From the NCBI GenBank assembly GCA_965222615.1, contig CBDCUI010000009.1, positions 128,001-192,000 of the forward strand: DNA of 64,000 nt. Direction: 5' to 3'. Shown in pieces: positions 1 to 9,337 of the stretch. Positions within the stretch are counted from its first letter, which is position 1; each line of letters opens with the position of its first letter. The stretch is from Gammaproteobacteria bacterium. Lineage in GTDB: Bacteria > Pseudomonadota > Gammaproteobacteria > UBA4575. The position numbers and the translations under genes were made by a program. The notes under the pieces are model-generated. The model saw nothing but the letters and a program-made list of their open reading frames with translations, did no database searches and had not been told where the DNA came from.

Positions 1-36
1 AAGCGCTTTATCACTAAATTTTCTAAAGATATTCAT
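1..36 (-). CDS. 5' end of a gene running off the left edge (MNIFRKFSDKAL...), downstream of the Flp-like pilin
   Basis: ATG at 36-34 with GAGGTG ribosome-binding site at 50-45; frame stays open to the window edge. Confidence 0.5.
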   Translation of the reverse strand, partial: MNIFRKFSDKAL

Positions 37-75
37 GCTTTATTCACCTCAATTATACTTGTAGTTAATAAAAAT

Positions 76-267
76 TTATGGATAAGACTGTGAAATCCAA
101 CCAATAAATGCATTAATTACTCCTTTGGATGTATCCAGGAATAATATAAGCGTAGGCAAGAGAATTGCTGCAGCTATTACCATGGCTATCCCAAACTCAA
201 CCGTAAGACCACCCCATTGTTTTTGTAAGATGTTATGCCTTTGAAATTTAGGTGTAGCCGTATACAT
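76..267 (-). CDS. Flp/TadE-like small prepilin
   Basis: 63 aa; basic leader, then G|LTVEF (class III signal with Glu at +4/+5) and a hydrophobic helix; GGAG RBS; divergent from the ATPase operon. Confidence 0.65.
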   Translation of the reverse strand: MYTATPKFQRHNILQKQWGGLTVEFGIAMVIAAAILLPTLILFLDTSKGVINAFIGWISQSYP

Positions 268-650
268 CTCAAAAACTCGCTCCTGAATTTTGTGAATCTG
301 TATTTAATAGTAATTCACGGCTATTGATTCTCTCACCCATATAACCTTAGTTCAACAATATTTCACTAAGGTTTAACTTAATGAAATTATAATTTGAACG
401 ATGCTTAATTTAGGTGTAACAAACGAAACAATGAGTTAATAAAAAAGTAAAAAGTTTTTTTTATATAAAACTTAGTGCTTTAGATTCATTTTATAAATTA
501 ACAATTTAGGTATCTGCATTTTTTTATAGATTTCTATTAACCATGTTTATACTTAAATTCTGCATTTAAGTTGTGGTATCTGGAAATTTTCTATATGCCA
601 CGGTATCTTGGGTGTTGATATTAAAAGCAACAAAAAACTGGGGGGTTGGC

Positions 651-1403
651 ATGCTTTCAAGGTCCGTTTCTAAGTCGCATCACTGGGGGTCATTAGCAAT
701 TATTTTTAGTGTTTATTTATGTAGTAATGGCGCGTTTGCTAGCACTATTTTTATAGAACAATCTACCTCAGAAATTCGTAAAAGTTTTTTGCAAGAGCAA
801 AATAATAATTCGTTTCAACATTCACAATATACTAGCAATATAATTTTGTTAGCTGAAGCAGCAGTAGAGCAAGCTACTGTTAAAAACGTAGAAGTTAAAT
901 CTCCTGAAGTCAAAAACGCAGAAATTCAAAATGCTGAAGTTAAATCTGCAGAAATTCAAAGTGCAGAGGTCAAAAATCCAGAAGTAAAATCTGCCGATGT
1001 AAAAAGCGCGGAAATTAAGAATGCAGAAGTAAAGTCCGTAGAGGTTGAAAGTGCTGAGGTTAAAAATATAGAGGTAAAATCTGCGGAAGTTAAAAATGCG
1101 GAAATTAAGAATGCAGAAGTAAAGTCTGCAGAAGTTAAAGATGTAACTGTAAAAGACGTTGTAATCAAAGCTTCTGAAGTGAAAGCTTCTCAGGTTAAAG
1201 ATGCAACTGTAAAAGATTCAGTAGTGAAAGCATCAGAAATAAAAGCCTCAGAGGTAAAACCTTCTGAAGTAAAAGCCTCAGAAGTCAAGGCGGCAGAAGT
1301 GAAAGAAGCAAAAGTGGATCAAGCCAAAGAGGTAAAAGTGGTAGTCAAGGAAGCTCATGTTAAACCAGCGCCTAATCCTGGGCCGTTTCCGTTTAACCCC
1401 TAA
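651..1403 (+). CDS. Secreted pentapeptide-repeat ([S/N/A]-A-E-[V/I]-K)n protein
   Basis: ATG 651 after GGGGG (ORF track starts at 573); signal peptide ending AFA-S; about 29 tandem 5-aa units; Pro-rich C-terminal tail. Confidence 0.8.
   Translation: MLSRSVSKSHHWGSLAIIFSVYLCSNGAFASTIFIEQSTSEIRKSFLQEQNNNSFQHSQYTSNIILLAEAAVEQATVKNVEVKSPEVKNAEIQNAEVKSAEIQSAEVKNPEVKSADVKSAEIKNAEVKSVEVESAEVKNIEVKSAEVKNAEIKNAEVKSAEVKDVTVKDVVIKASEVKASQVKDATVKDSVVKASEIKASEVKPSEVKASEVKAAEVKEAKVDQAKEVKVVVKEAHVKPAPNPGPFPFNP
885..1319 (+). repeat. Degenerate 15-bp coding tandem repeat (about 29 units)
   Basis: Recurring gcagaagt(t/a)aaa units; an identical 29-mer at 1008 and 1098. Confidence 0.9.
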
Positions 1404-1471
1404 TTTTAATTTCTGACACAAAGACATATTTGTTTGCGACCATACTGAATTAACATTAATTAAATTAATAT

Positions 1472-2029
1472 ATGGAAAATTTTATGGATAAAAGCAAAGA
1501 TAATTTAAAATTTCGTACTCATTTTGTTCTGTACACAGTAACTATAGCAGTTTGTACATTGTTGACTTGTGCATGTGTGACCACTCCACAGCAATCTCAA
1601 ATTAAAGAAACTGTAACGACAGTTGATGACGAGTCATTTGAATCCGAGGTTTTGCAAACTAATGGACCTGTAATCGTATTATTTCATGATAATGCCATTG
1701 TTGAATCACAGGATATGCAAAAACGCTTTGATTATTTCAGCGAAAGATATGCAGATGAAATCAAGTTTTTAACATTCAACTGGAATTCGGCAGGAAATAC
1801 AGCACGATACAATTTAAATTCATTACCTAGTACGGTTTTTTACTATAACGGAGATGAAATCGATCGAATTGGTGGAATACCAGAGGATGGTGAACTACTT
1901 CGGGAATGGAATAAAGATATTGATCTTTGGATTTTGAAAACTGTGTTGGGTTTACAAGGTGATGATTATGCGGGTAGGTATGTGTATAAGTTTAATGACA
2001 CCGCAAAGTTACATATAAGTAACTATTAA
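1472..2029 (+). CDS. Thioredoxin-fold probable lipoprotein lacking CxxC
   Basis: Lipobox-like LTCAC; thioredoxin pattern (DDESFESEVL..GPVIVLF..., RYNLNSLPSTVFYYNGDEIDRIGG) with no Cys at the active-site position. Confidence 0.7.
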   Translation: MENFMDKSKDNLKFRTHFVLYTVTIAVCTLLTCACVTTPQQSQIKETVTTVDDESFESEVLQTNGPVIVLFHDNAIVESQDMQKRFDYFSERYADEIKFLTFNWNSAGNTARYNLNSLPSTVFYYNGDEIDRIGGIPEDGELLREWNKDIDLWILKTVLGLQGDDYAGRYVYKFNDTAKLHISNY

Positions 2030-2043
2030 GATGAGTATTACTA

Positions 2044-3741
2044 ATGGAACCTGCAACTCAGGAACTCAATGCGCGACTGTCACGTGTCGCTAATCGAAGA
2101 AATATCAAAGTACCAGGAAGCGTAACTGCCAATGGTAAATTATTGTCAGACTCATTGCTTGAAAACAAAAATATATCTAGTCAACTTGCAAATGAGTTAC
2201 TAGAAGAAGCAAGTGGTATTCGATCGATAGATCCACAATATATCTCTTTTTCTAAAACCTTTTTAGATCACGTAAGCCAGTTAATTCCAAAAGAAATATC
2301 TCTTGAAGAAAAGGTCTTTCCTATAAAACATGAGGGCAATCATGTGCACTTACTGATGGCAAGTCCGTTAGATGAAACTTTGGTTGCACGCATGGAGGCG
2401 TTAACTGGTTCAAGGATAAAGCGTTATTGTTGTTATAGCTCTGGAATCAAACAGGCAATTGAAACTCACTATCCAAAAGAGGTTTCACAACTGCCAGTAA
2501 ACTCAGAAGAGTTAGTGGAACAGGCTGTTAATGATGCGCAACATATTTTAAACCGACGTGATGGAGGTCTTGAGACATTAGTAAATGTACCGTCTCTTAT
2601 ACGACTATTACGAATGATTTTTTACGAAGCAGTGAGCCTGGGAATAAGTGATATCCACTTTGAAACTCAAAAAGATAATTTCCGCATTAGGGTAAGACAA
2701 GATGGTGTTTTACGAACTGCCTGGAAATTACCATTGGTTTTAAGTCAAGCGCTCATTGCTCGAATCAAACAAATAGCAGGACTCAACATAACTGAAGGTA
2801 AGCCACAAGATGGCCGAATTGATTATCACTTGGTTGACGACCATGAAATAGATATTCGGGTTTCAATTTTACCAGGTGTTTATGGCGACAAAGCCGTATT
2901 GCGTGTGTTAGAAAAGGGTAAAAATCGACTTAGTTTGACTGATTTAAAACTTGATCCGAAAACTGATGCCCAATTTAGAAAAATGCTCGAACGCCCTAAT
3001 GGTTTGGTATTGATTACAGGCCCGACCGGTAGTGGTAAGACCACTACCTTATATGCGTTGTTGGAAGAATTAAATAGTGAAGAAGTAAATATCAGCACAG
3101 CTGAAGATCCGGTGGAATATGAATTAGAAGGAATTACACAAGTTGATTGCACGGAGCAAAGAGGAGTTACTTTTGCTTCAGCATTACGTTCTTTTTTACG
3201 ACAAGATCCAGACATTATTATGGTTGGGGAAATCCGAGATTTAGATACGGGTGATATAGCAGTCAAATCTGCGCTTACAGGGCACCTTGTGCTATCTACG
3301 TTACATACCAACGATGCACCCAGTGCAGTTACACGGTTAGTAAATATCGGGGTTCCCCCATTTTTACTTGCTGCATGTGGTTTGACAGTTGTTGCACAAC
3401 GTCTGGTGCGAAAAATTTGTACAAACTGTAAAAAACCAATGAAACCGGAAGCTGCATTATTGAACAAACTAGGGATAGAGGAAGTTGATGCAAAGTTTTT
3501 TCAAGGCTCTGGATGTGATCGGTGTGCAGGCACGGGCTACAAGGGCCGTGTTGCAATTATGGAATGTTTTAGTGTAAACGAAAAAATTGAAAAACTGATT
3601 GTTGGAGAAAAAGGCACTGGTGATTTAAGACGTGTTGCTATTAAATCAGGTATGACGACGCTACGCAGAGATGGTCTCGAAAAAATTAAACAAGGCTTTA
3701 CAACACCGCAGGAAGTATTGCGAGTAACAACCAATGCATAA
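2044..3741 (+). CDS. pilB: PilB/GspE-family assembly ATPase
   Basis: SDIHFE, PQDGR, Walker A GPTGSGKT, EDPVE, RQDPDIIMVGEIRD, His box STLHTN, tetra-Cys CTNC..CDRC. Confidence 0.92.
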   Translation: MEPATQELNARLSRVANRRNIKVPGSVTANGKLLSDSLLENKNISSQLANELLEEASGIRSIDPQYISFSKTFLDHVSQLIPKEISLEEKVFPIKHEGNHVHLLMASPLDETLVARMEALTGSRIKRYCCYSSGIKQAIETHYPKEVSQLPVNSEELVEQAVNDAQHILNRRDGGLETLVNVPSLIRLLRMIFYEAVSLGISDIHFETQKDNFRIRVRQDGVLRTAWKLPLVLSQALIARIKQIAGLNITEGKPQDGRIDYHLVDDHEIDIRVSILPGVYGDKAVLRVLEKGKNRLSLTDLKLDPKTDAQFRKMLERPNGLVLITGPTGSGKTTTLYALLEELNSEEVNISTAEDPVEYELEGITQVDCTEQRGVTFASALRSFLRQDPDIIMVGEIRDLDTGDIAVKSALTGHLVLSTLHTNDAPSAVTRLVNIGVPPFLLAACGLTVVAQRLVRKICTNCKKPMKPEAALLNKLGIEEVDAKFFQGSGCDRCAGTGYKGRVAIMECFSVNEKIEKLIVGEKGTGDLRRVAIKSGMTTLRRDGLEKIKQGFTTPQEVLRVTTNA

Positions 3742-3751
3742 GGGGTAAGAG

Positions 3752-4627
3752 ATGGGTTTGTTTATTGGATTATTGCTATTGTTAGTTGTAATTATTTTGG
3801 TTGGTATTCAGTTTGCCCCGGATCCGCAGTTGCAAGATGCAGGACGCAAAGCAGGTTTTACGTTTGAACGTCAATGGACGGCGGAAACACGTCTATTTAA
3901 AATCTTTACACCCTTTATGCGAATGTTTTCACCACTGGTTTCACTCTGCCCTATGGGTAAATATAGAGAGCGATTAATGCGTTGGTTAACCGCTGCAGGT
4001 TTAGAGTATGAGGTTACACCAAATGATGTAATTGCACTGCAAATCGTTATGGCATTAATCTTTCCAGTTATTGCTAACACTATTTTTGGTGGAATTGTCT
4101 CTATGATTTTTGGATTTATATTTGGTATCGCATTTCCAATTATTTGGGTGCTTGAGAAACGTAGAAACAGGCGTGAAGCAATTTTACGCAGTATGCCAAA
4201 TGTCGTAGATATGCTGGCATTAAGTGTTGAAGCAGGACTAGATTTTAATAGTGCTGCGCAACGTATTATTGAGCGTAGTGATGATGAGAAAGACCCAATG
4301 ATCGATGAACTGAATTTTTACCTGCACAGTACGAAGCTTGGTATGAGTCGACAAGAGGCACTCGAGCAACTTGCACAAAGAATAGATTCCGGCGAAATAT
4401 ATTCATTCTGCTCCGTGCTTATTCAAGCAGACAAAATGGGGGCGAGTATTACAGATACCCTAAAACAACAAGCGCAAAGACTCCGCGATGAGCGTTTTAT
4501 GCGTGCCGAGCGTCACGGTGCTGTGGCAGCACAGAAGCTTTTAGTGCCTATGATGGTTTTTATATTTCCATTGCTATTTATCATCGTATTCGCACCTTAC
4601 ATGCTCAAATTATTTTATGGTCAATAA
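3752..4627 (+). CDS. tadC: TadC-like type II secretion system F-domain platform protein
   Basis: PNVVDMLALSVEAGLDF, LIQADKMGASI..L..QA, KLLVPMMVFIFP; single T2SSF domain with TM helices. Confidence 0.88.
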   Translation: MGLFIGLLLLLVVIILVGIQFAPDPQLQDAGRKAGFTFERQWTAETRLFKIFTPFMRMFSPLVSLCPMGKYRERLMRWLTAAGLEYEVTPNDVIALQIVMALIFPVIANTIFGGIVSMIFGFIFGIAFPIIWVLEKRRNRREAILRSMPNVVDMLALSVEAGLDFNSAAQRIIERSDDEKDPMIDELNFYLHSTKLGMSRQEALEQLAQRIDSGEIYSFCSVLIQADKMGASITDTLKQQAQRLRDERFMRAERHGAVAAQKLLVPMMVFIFPLLFIIVFAPYMLKLFYGQ

Positions 4628-4675
4628 AGAAAAGCAAAGTTATATGTAGACCAAGAAACAGGGTGATTAAAACAA

Positions 4676-6097
4676 ATGGCCGACACGTGGAAATTGACTA
4701 TATACCGAGGCGGAGTGAAACACGCGGATACGACGCTTGATTCGGGTAAAGCATATTTGGCTGGCAGAGATCCAAACTGTGATATTGTTTTACCTAGCTC
4801 AATCGTTTCGCGTGAGCATACAAAACTTACAGTAAATGCCGACGGAATAGTCGTTGAAGATAATAATAGCAGCAATGGAACTTATATCGATGGTAAAAGG
4901 ATAGCCAGTCAAAAAGTGAATGGAGTGTCACCGATTGGTGTAGGGGAATATAAGTTAGAGCTTTCATCAAATCAGTCTTTACGCTCAATTTGGCAAGAGC
5001 GTTTGAATTCTTTTCTCAATATATGTGGTAATCATCCATATAAATTTTCTACATTTCTCATACTTGCATTAGTACTTCTCTCGGTTTGGTTTTTACAGGG
5101 GCCATATGAGAATTATGTGCGTGAAATTCAAAATGAAGCTACGACTAATCACGCCATGTTAGTTGCACAATCCGTTCTTGCGTTAAATGAAGATTATTGG
5201 CTTAAGGGAATAATATCAAATTTTAAAGTTACACCACTTGATTCCCAAGAAGGTATAGAAAAAATATACGTAGTGAATCAATACGCAGGGGTGCTTGCTC
5301 CACAGAGCCATGCATACGATGTTTTAGACGATGTTGAGTTAGAACGAGTACTGACGCCACCTGGAAAAGAGGTATTGATATTTGACGATGAAGGAAAAGG
5401 CAAAATATACCTTCCGGTTCGTCGCAATGACACTGTACTAGGTGCAGTCATCGTACATTATGCAGCTCAACAAGGACAAAACTTAATTCCATTTGGCAAA
5501 TATGGGGCTATTATTTTGTTTCTGCTTTTGTTGGCATTACTTCTGGCGTATTTGTTGGTAAATATGTTTTTAAGGCCATGGAGGCAGTTAGCAGATGAAG
5601 CAGATTTGTCTGTTGGCGAAGAAAAAAATTTATTTAAAAGGGAGCCTGGCTATAAAGAATTACAACAGCATAGGGTCTTATATGAACGTTTATTATTAAA
5701 AGCACAAACTAATGGTGATGATACATTACAAACAACACACAATAACGAATGTTCAGCAGATATTGGTAAGGCTAGTGTTGTTAACATGCCGCTGTCGAGA
5801 AAACCTTCAACATCGATGGGCGATTGTTCATGTATTATCGATAGATTGAGTCATCATATCAACAATGGTTCTAGTGAGTTCATGCGGTTGTTTGGATTAG
5901 ATCAGCCTAAAGCAATACATATATTAGATGCTTTTAAAAACCATGAAAGTATTCTAGCTGCGGTTACTAAGTTACTTGAAAATAATGAAGGTGAGCATAC
6001 AGCCACTGTTCACAATCGAATTTTCAATATAAAAACTGAATATGTGGATGACGCTTTATTGAAAATTGTTTTTCAGCGAATAAAACATGCAAGCTAG
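4676..6097 (+). CDS. FHA-domain membrane protein with periplasmic sensor-like region
   Basis: FHA motifs GRDPNCD, VSREH, SSNGT; two TM helices flanking a periplasmic domain; HAMP-like FLRPWRQLA. Confidence 0.8.
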   Translation: MADTWKLTIYRGGVKHADTTLDSGKAYLAGRDPNCDIVLPSSIVSREHTKLTVNADGIVVEDNNSSNGTYIDGKRIASQKVNGVSPIGVGEYKLELSSNQSLRSIWQERLNSFLNICGNHPYKFSTFLILALVLLSVWFLQGPYENYVREIQNEATTNHAMLVAQSVLALNEDYWLKGIISNFKVTPLDSQEGIEKIYVVNQYAGVLAPQSHAYDVLDDVELERVLTPPGKEVLIFDDEGKGKIYLPVRRNDTVLGAVIVHYAAQQGQNLIPFGKYGAIILFLLLLALLLAYLLVNMFLRPWRQLADEADLSVGEEKNLFKREPGYKELQQHRVLYERLLLKAQTNGDDTLQTTHNNECSADIGKASVVNMPLSRKPSTSMGDCSCIIDRLSHHINNGSSEFMRLFGLDQPKAIHILDAFKNHESILAAVTKLLENNEGEHTATVHNRIFNIKTEYVDDALLKIVFQRIKHAS

Positions 6098-7001
6098 ACA
6101 ACAACAAACAACTCAAGTTAAGGAAATGGAAAAAACCAAGAGAGTTGTGCTGAAATTAGTCGGGCCTAATATACAGCAAGATGTTGTATTAGAACCAAAT
6201 AGAAAATATTCAATCGGTCGTGACCCGGAAAATGATATTCATCTAGATGATGATAGAGTATCACGTCATCATGCAGTTTTATTAATGGAAGGTGGCGAAT
6301 GGGTGTTGCATGATCAGAAGAGTGTAAACCAAATATTAACTAGTGATGGTTTGGTTGCAGAATTGAAAGTACATTCAGGAACAAGTTTTCAAATTGGTCC
6401 TGTGCTTTTCACGGCACATAAAGAGGGTGAAATACTTGGTGAGTTAGGTGGACTAACAAGCAAGCTACAAGGGAAAAATCGTCAAGTAATGTTACTTGCG
6501 TCTACACTAGTGGCGATAATTCTATTAGGAATATTGATGTCAGGTAACGAAGAAGAAAAACCTGAAAATATAGAGGACGCAATCGTGAACATACAATCCG
6601 AGGAAATTGTCGATGAACAAATTTTTACTCTACCGGTAGATGGCGCAGCCGCAAAAAAGTCTAAGGAACATTATTATCTTGCGATTCAGCATTACGATAC
6701 ACGAAATCTTGAAAATGCAATTCAAGAATTACAGCTCGCTATAAAAAGTAATCCAAATAATCAATCGGCAAAAAGAAAATTTGCCGAAATTGAACGGGAA
6801 TTGGATTTAGAAATTACCAGGCATTATCAACAAGGTTGTTTTCATGCCAGATTTTTACGTCGATATGAAGCACAACAAGAATTTAGAACAGTCATTCAAA
6901 TGGTTAGAAATAAAACGGATGGCCGATATTTAGAAGCACGCAGAATGCTTGAATTACTTGAAGATAAAGAAATATCAAGCTTAAGTTGTGGGGAATCATA
7001 G
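6087..7001 (+). CDS. FHA-TM-TPR protein
   Basis: GRDPENDIHL..VSRHH; one TM helix; TPR-like HYYLAIQHY...AIQELQLAIKSNPNN. Confidence 0.8.
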   Translation: MQARQQQTTQVKEMEKTKRVVLKLVGPNIQQDVVLEPNRKYSIGRDPENDIHLDDDRVSRHHAVLLMEGGEWVLHDQKSVNQILTSDGLVAELKVHSGTSFQIGPVLFTAHKEGEILGELGGLTSKLQGKNRQVMLLASTLVAIILLGILMSGNEEEKPENIEDAIVNIQSEEIVDEQIFTLPVDGAAAKKSKEHYYLAIQHYDTRNLENAIQELQLAIKSNPNNQSAKRKFAEIERELDLEITRHYQQGCFHARFLRRYEAQQEFRTVIQMVRNKTDGRYLEARRMLELLEDKEISSLSCGES

Positions 7002-7014
7002 GGTAGGAACAACA

Positions 7015-8952
7015 ATGACAACAGTAGCCTCAATAGAAGTAAGACTTAAAGACAGAAAAGTGAATGAGGTAGGTCTTAGTACAGCTAAACCTTTAACAAT
7101 TGGACGCCGAGATGACAATGAATTAGTACTTGATTTGCCGACCATATCTTCTTTGCATGCACGAATTGATGCTGAAGATAATGACTGGGTGTTAACGGAC
7201 CTAGGTAGCAGTAACGGTGTATGTGTAAATGGTGATCCTATAAAAAGGCGCAAACTACAAATTGGTGATGAAGTAGAAATAGGTCCATACACATTATATT
7301 TTTCTGCTGTGGATAAAAACTTGGACATAAAAGCTACAAACCCATTTGTTGCACCTAATAATGATTTACAGACATCGGATGTGGGTTATGTGCTAGAGGT
7401 TTTAGTAGAGAATTCTGATGAGATTGAGCAAGTCATCGCGATTAATAACCGAATTAAAATAGGTCGAGGAAGCAATTGTGATTTTTCACTTGATGGTGAT
7501 TTAACGGTATCAGAAGAACATCTTAGCATTGAAAAAATACCTCAAGGCTGGATAGTTAAAAACCTCAATCGTAGTTATGTAACATGGCTGAATAAAATTC
7601 CAATTCGTGATCAGGCTCCTATACAGCTTGGTGATGTCATAAATGTTGGAAATACACGTTTACGTTTTGCTACGGCTGCATCATCAACAGCTACAGCCAG
7701 CCAAACTTCATATAAACATTCGACATCGAGCATAAATAATTTTATGCAGATATTTAGCGGACCAGAAGGAAAACGAGCGCGTATTATTGTTTTAACAGGA
7801 TTATTAGTGTGTATCTTACTTTCCACATTTATGTTTGGAGGAGATGATAAAACCGAAACTAAGCTTGAGGAAAAAGATGTAGCCATTGGAATAGATGCTG
7901 ATTCCAATACAGAAGTGGTCGAGGATAACCTGTCAACAAAGCGAATTCGTAATCGTTATTTAACTTGGATACACGATCTAATTAGTAAAGGTGAATATGA
8001 GCTTGCGGTTTATAGAGTGGAGGCAGGACTGCAAGAGCTTCCCAATGATCCACAACTTACTAAATTAAATGTTGAGACACGCATTGCTTACGCTAATCAA
8101 CTAGCAGAACAAAAACAATATCAAGCTGCGATTAGTAGTTTGCAAGCATTGCCACAAACTGATGATCCTCAAGTGAGTAATTTCTTAACGCTATTGCAAC
8201 AAAGATATCTCGAAGAGCAGCGTGAGGCACGTCGGTACGAAGAACTCGATATAAAATTTGGTAAACAATTACAACAGATTGCTAGAAACTATGAAGAAAA
8301 TAAATATGCAGAAGCACAAGAAATTGCTACAGAGATGTTGGCATCTGATGATTTGAATAAATTTCCTGAAGCCAAACAAGTCACTAAAAACTGGTTTGAA
8401 AAACTAAAAGTAGCCATTGTGCAGCAAAAGGAGCAACAACAGATTGCTTTGGTAAAACAAGAGCAGTTAAAGCAAACCATGCAGGAAGAATACGCAAATT
8501 GCTTAAAAGCTGAACAGGAAGGAAGTTTAGTTAAAGCGATACAGGCTTGTAATTTTGTCGCCAGTGCTGACTTAGATACCCCAGAGCGGGCAGCTGCAGT
8601 TGAAAAGATAAATGATTTGCAGGCGAAGTTAAGCAGCAGTGCGGATGATTATTATAAAAATGGAGCCGCATGTCGTTCCCAAAATAATCTTACATGCGCG
8701 ATGCGCAATTGGCATCAAACTTTGGTTTTAAACCCTAACCATGAGCAGGCAAGTAAAGGATTAAAATCAATAATGCCAGAACAGGTAAAGAAAGCACAAA
8801 CTATATATCGTGAAGGTTTAGTATATGAAGGCTTAAACAATATTCCAAAAGCCATTGCGAAGTGGGAAACAGTGTTGACTATTCTTCCGATTGAGGAGGA
8901 ACTGTATCATCAAAAGGCATTAAACAAGTTAGAAGAATTTGGAGAAAAGTAA
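7015..8952 (+). CDS. Double-FHA-TM-TPR protein
   Basis: Two FHA domains (GRRDDN..ISSLH..SSNG; GRGSNC..VSEEH), TM helix, several TPR-like helical repeats; ATG 7015 with AGGA RBS (ORF track 6988). Confidence 0.8.
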   Translation: MTTVASIEVRLKDRKVNEVGLSTAKPLTIGRRDDNELVLDLPTISSLHARIDAEDNDWVLTDLGSSNGVCVNGDPIKRRKLQIGDEVEIGPYTLYFSAVDKNLDIKATNPFVAPNNDLQTSDVGYVLEVLVENSDEIEQVIAINNRIKIGRGSNCDFSLDGDLTVSEEHLSIEKIPQGWIVKNLNRSYVTWLNKIPIRDQAPIQLGDVINVGNTRLRFATAASSTATASQTSYKHSTSSINNFMQIFSGPEGKRARIIVLTGLLVCILLSTFMFGGDDKTETKLEEKDVAIGIDADSNTEVVEDNLSTKRIRNRYLTWIHDLISKGEYELAVYRVEAGLQELPNDPQLTKLNVETRIAYANQLAEQKQYQAAISSLQALPQTDDPQVSNFLTLLQQRYLEEQREARRYEELDIKFGKQLQQIARNYEENKYAEAQEIATEMLASDDLNKFPEAKQVTKNWFEKLKVAIVQQKEQQQIALVKQEQLKQTMQEEYANCLKAEQEGSLVKAIQACNFVASADLDTPERAAAVEKINDLQAKLSSSADDYYKNGAACRSQNNLTCAMRNWHQTLVLNPNHEQASKGLKSIMPEQVKKAQTIYREGLVYEGLNNIPKAIAKWETVLTILPIEEELYHQKALNKLEEFGEK

Positions 8953-9337
8953 GCGAATATTGAAACTAGATAATAAAAAATTAACTAGACTCACATATTT
9001 TTTGCAAGGTTATTAATAAGCAAGTAAGCCTTTGAAGGTAAATTATATAAAAACAATTCGTTACTACAATTAACTAATAAACTAATTCAAAGTAGTTTAA
9101 TTAACTTTAATAATTGTATTACTGACTTGAACATTTTGTGAACCTATAATTAACATACAATATAGTTTTTGAATAAAGAATCAAAAATCCTGTACTACAT
9201 GTACACATCAACCAGGGGTGGGGAAGATGAAGGTAGGGCTCGTTAACAAAATATTTTGTGGTGTAAATCTAAACGGTGTTGGGTTTTGTTCAGCACTGGT
9301 GGGGACATTAATTCAGTAAAGATCAAACGGGGATCCA

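Noticed and set aside
885-1319. CRISPR array or non-coding satellite
   Set aside because: The 15-bp units are contiguous, degenerate at third codon positions and inside an ORF; there are no spacers and no cas genes.
9210-9310. Repeated GGTGGGGA in the kinase leader as a structured RNA or operator
   Set aside because: Only two 8-mers and no convincing fold or known motif.
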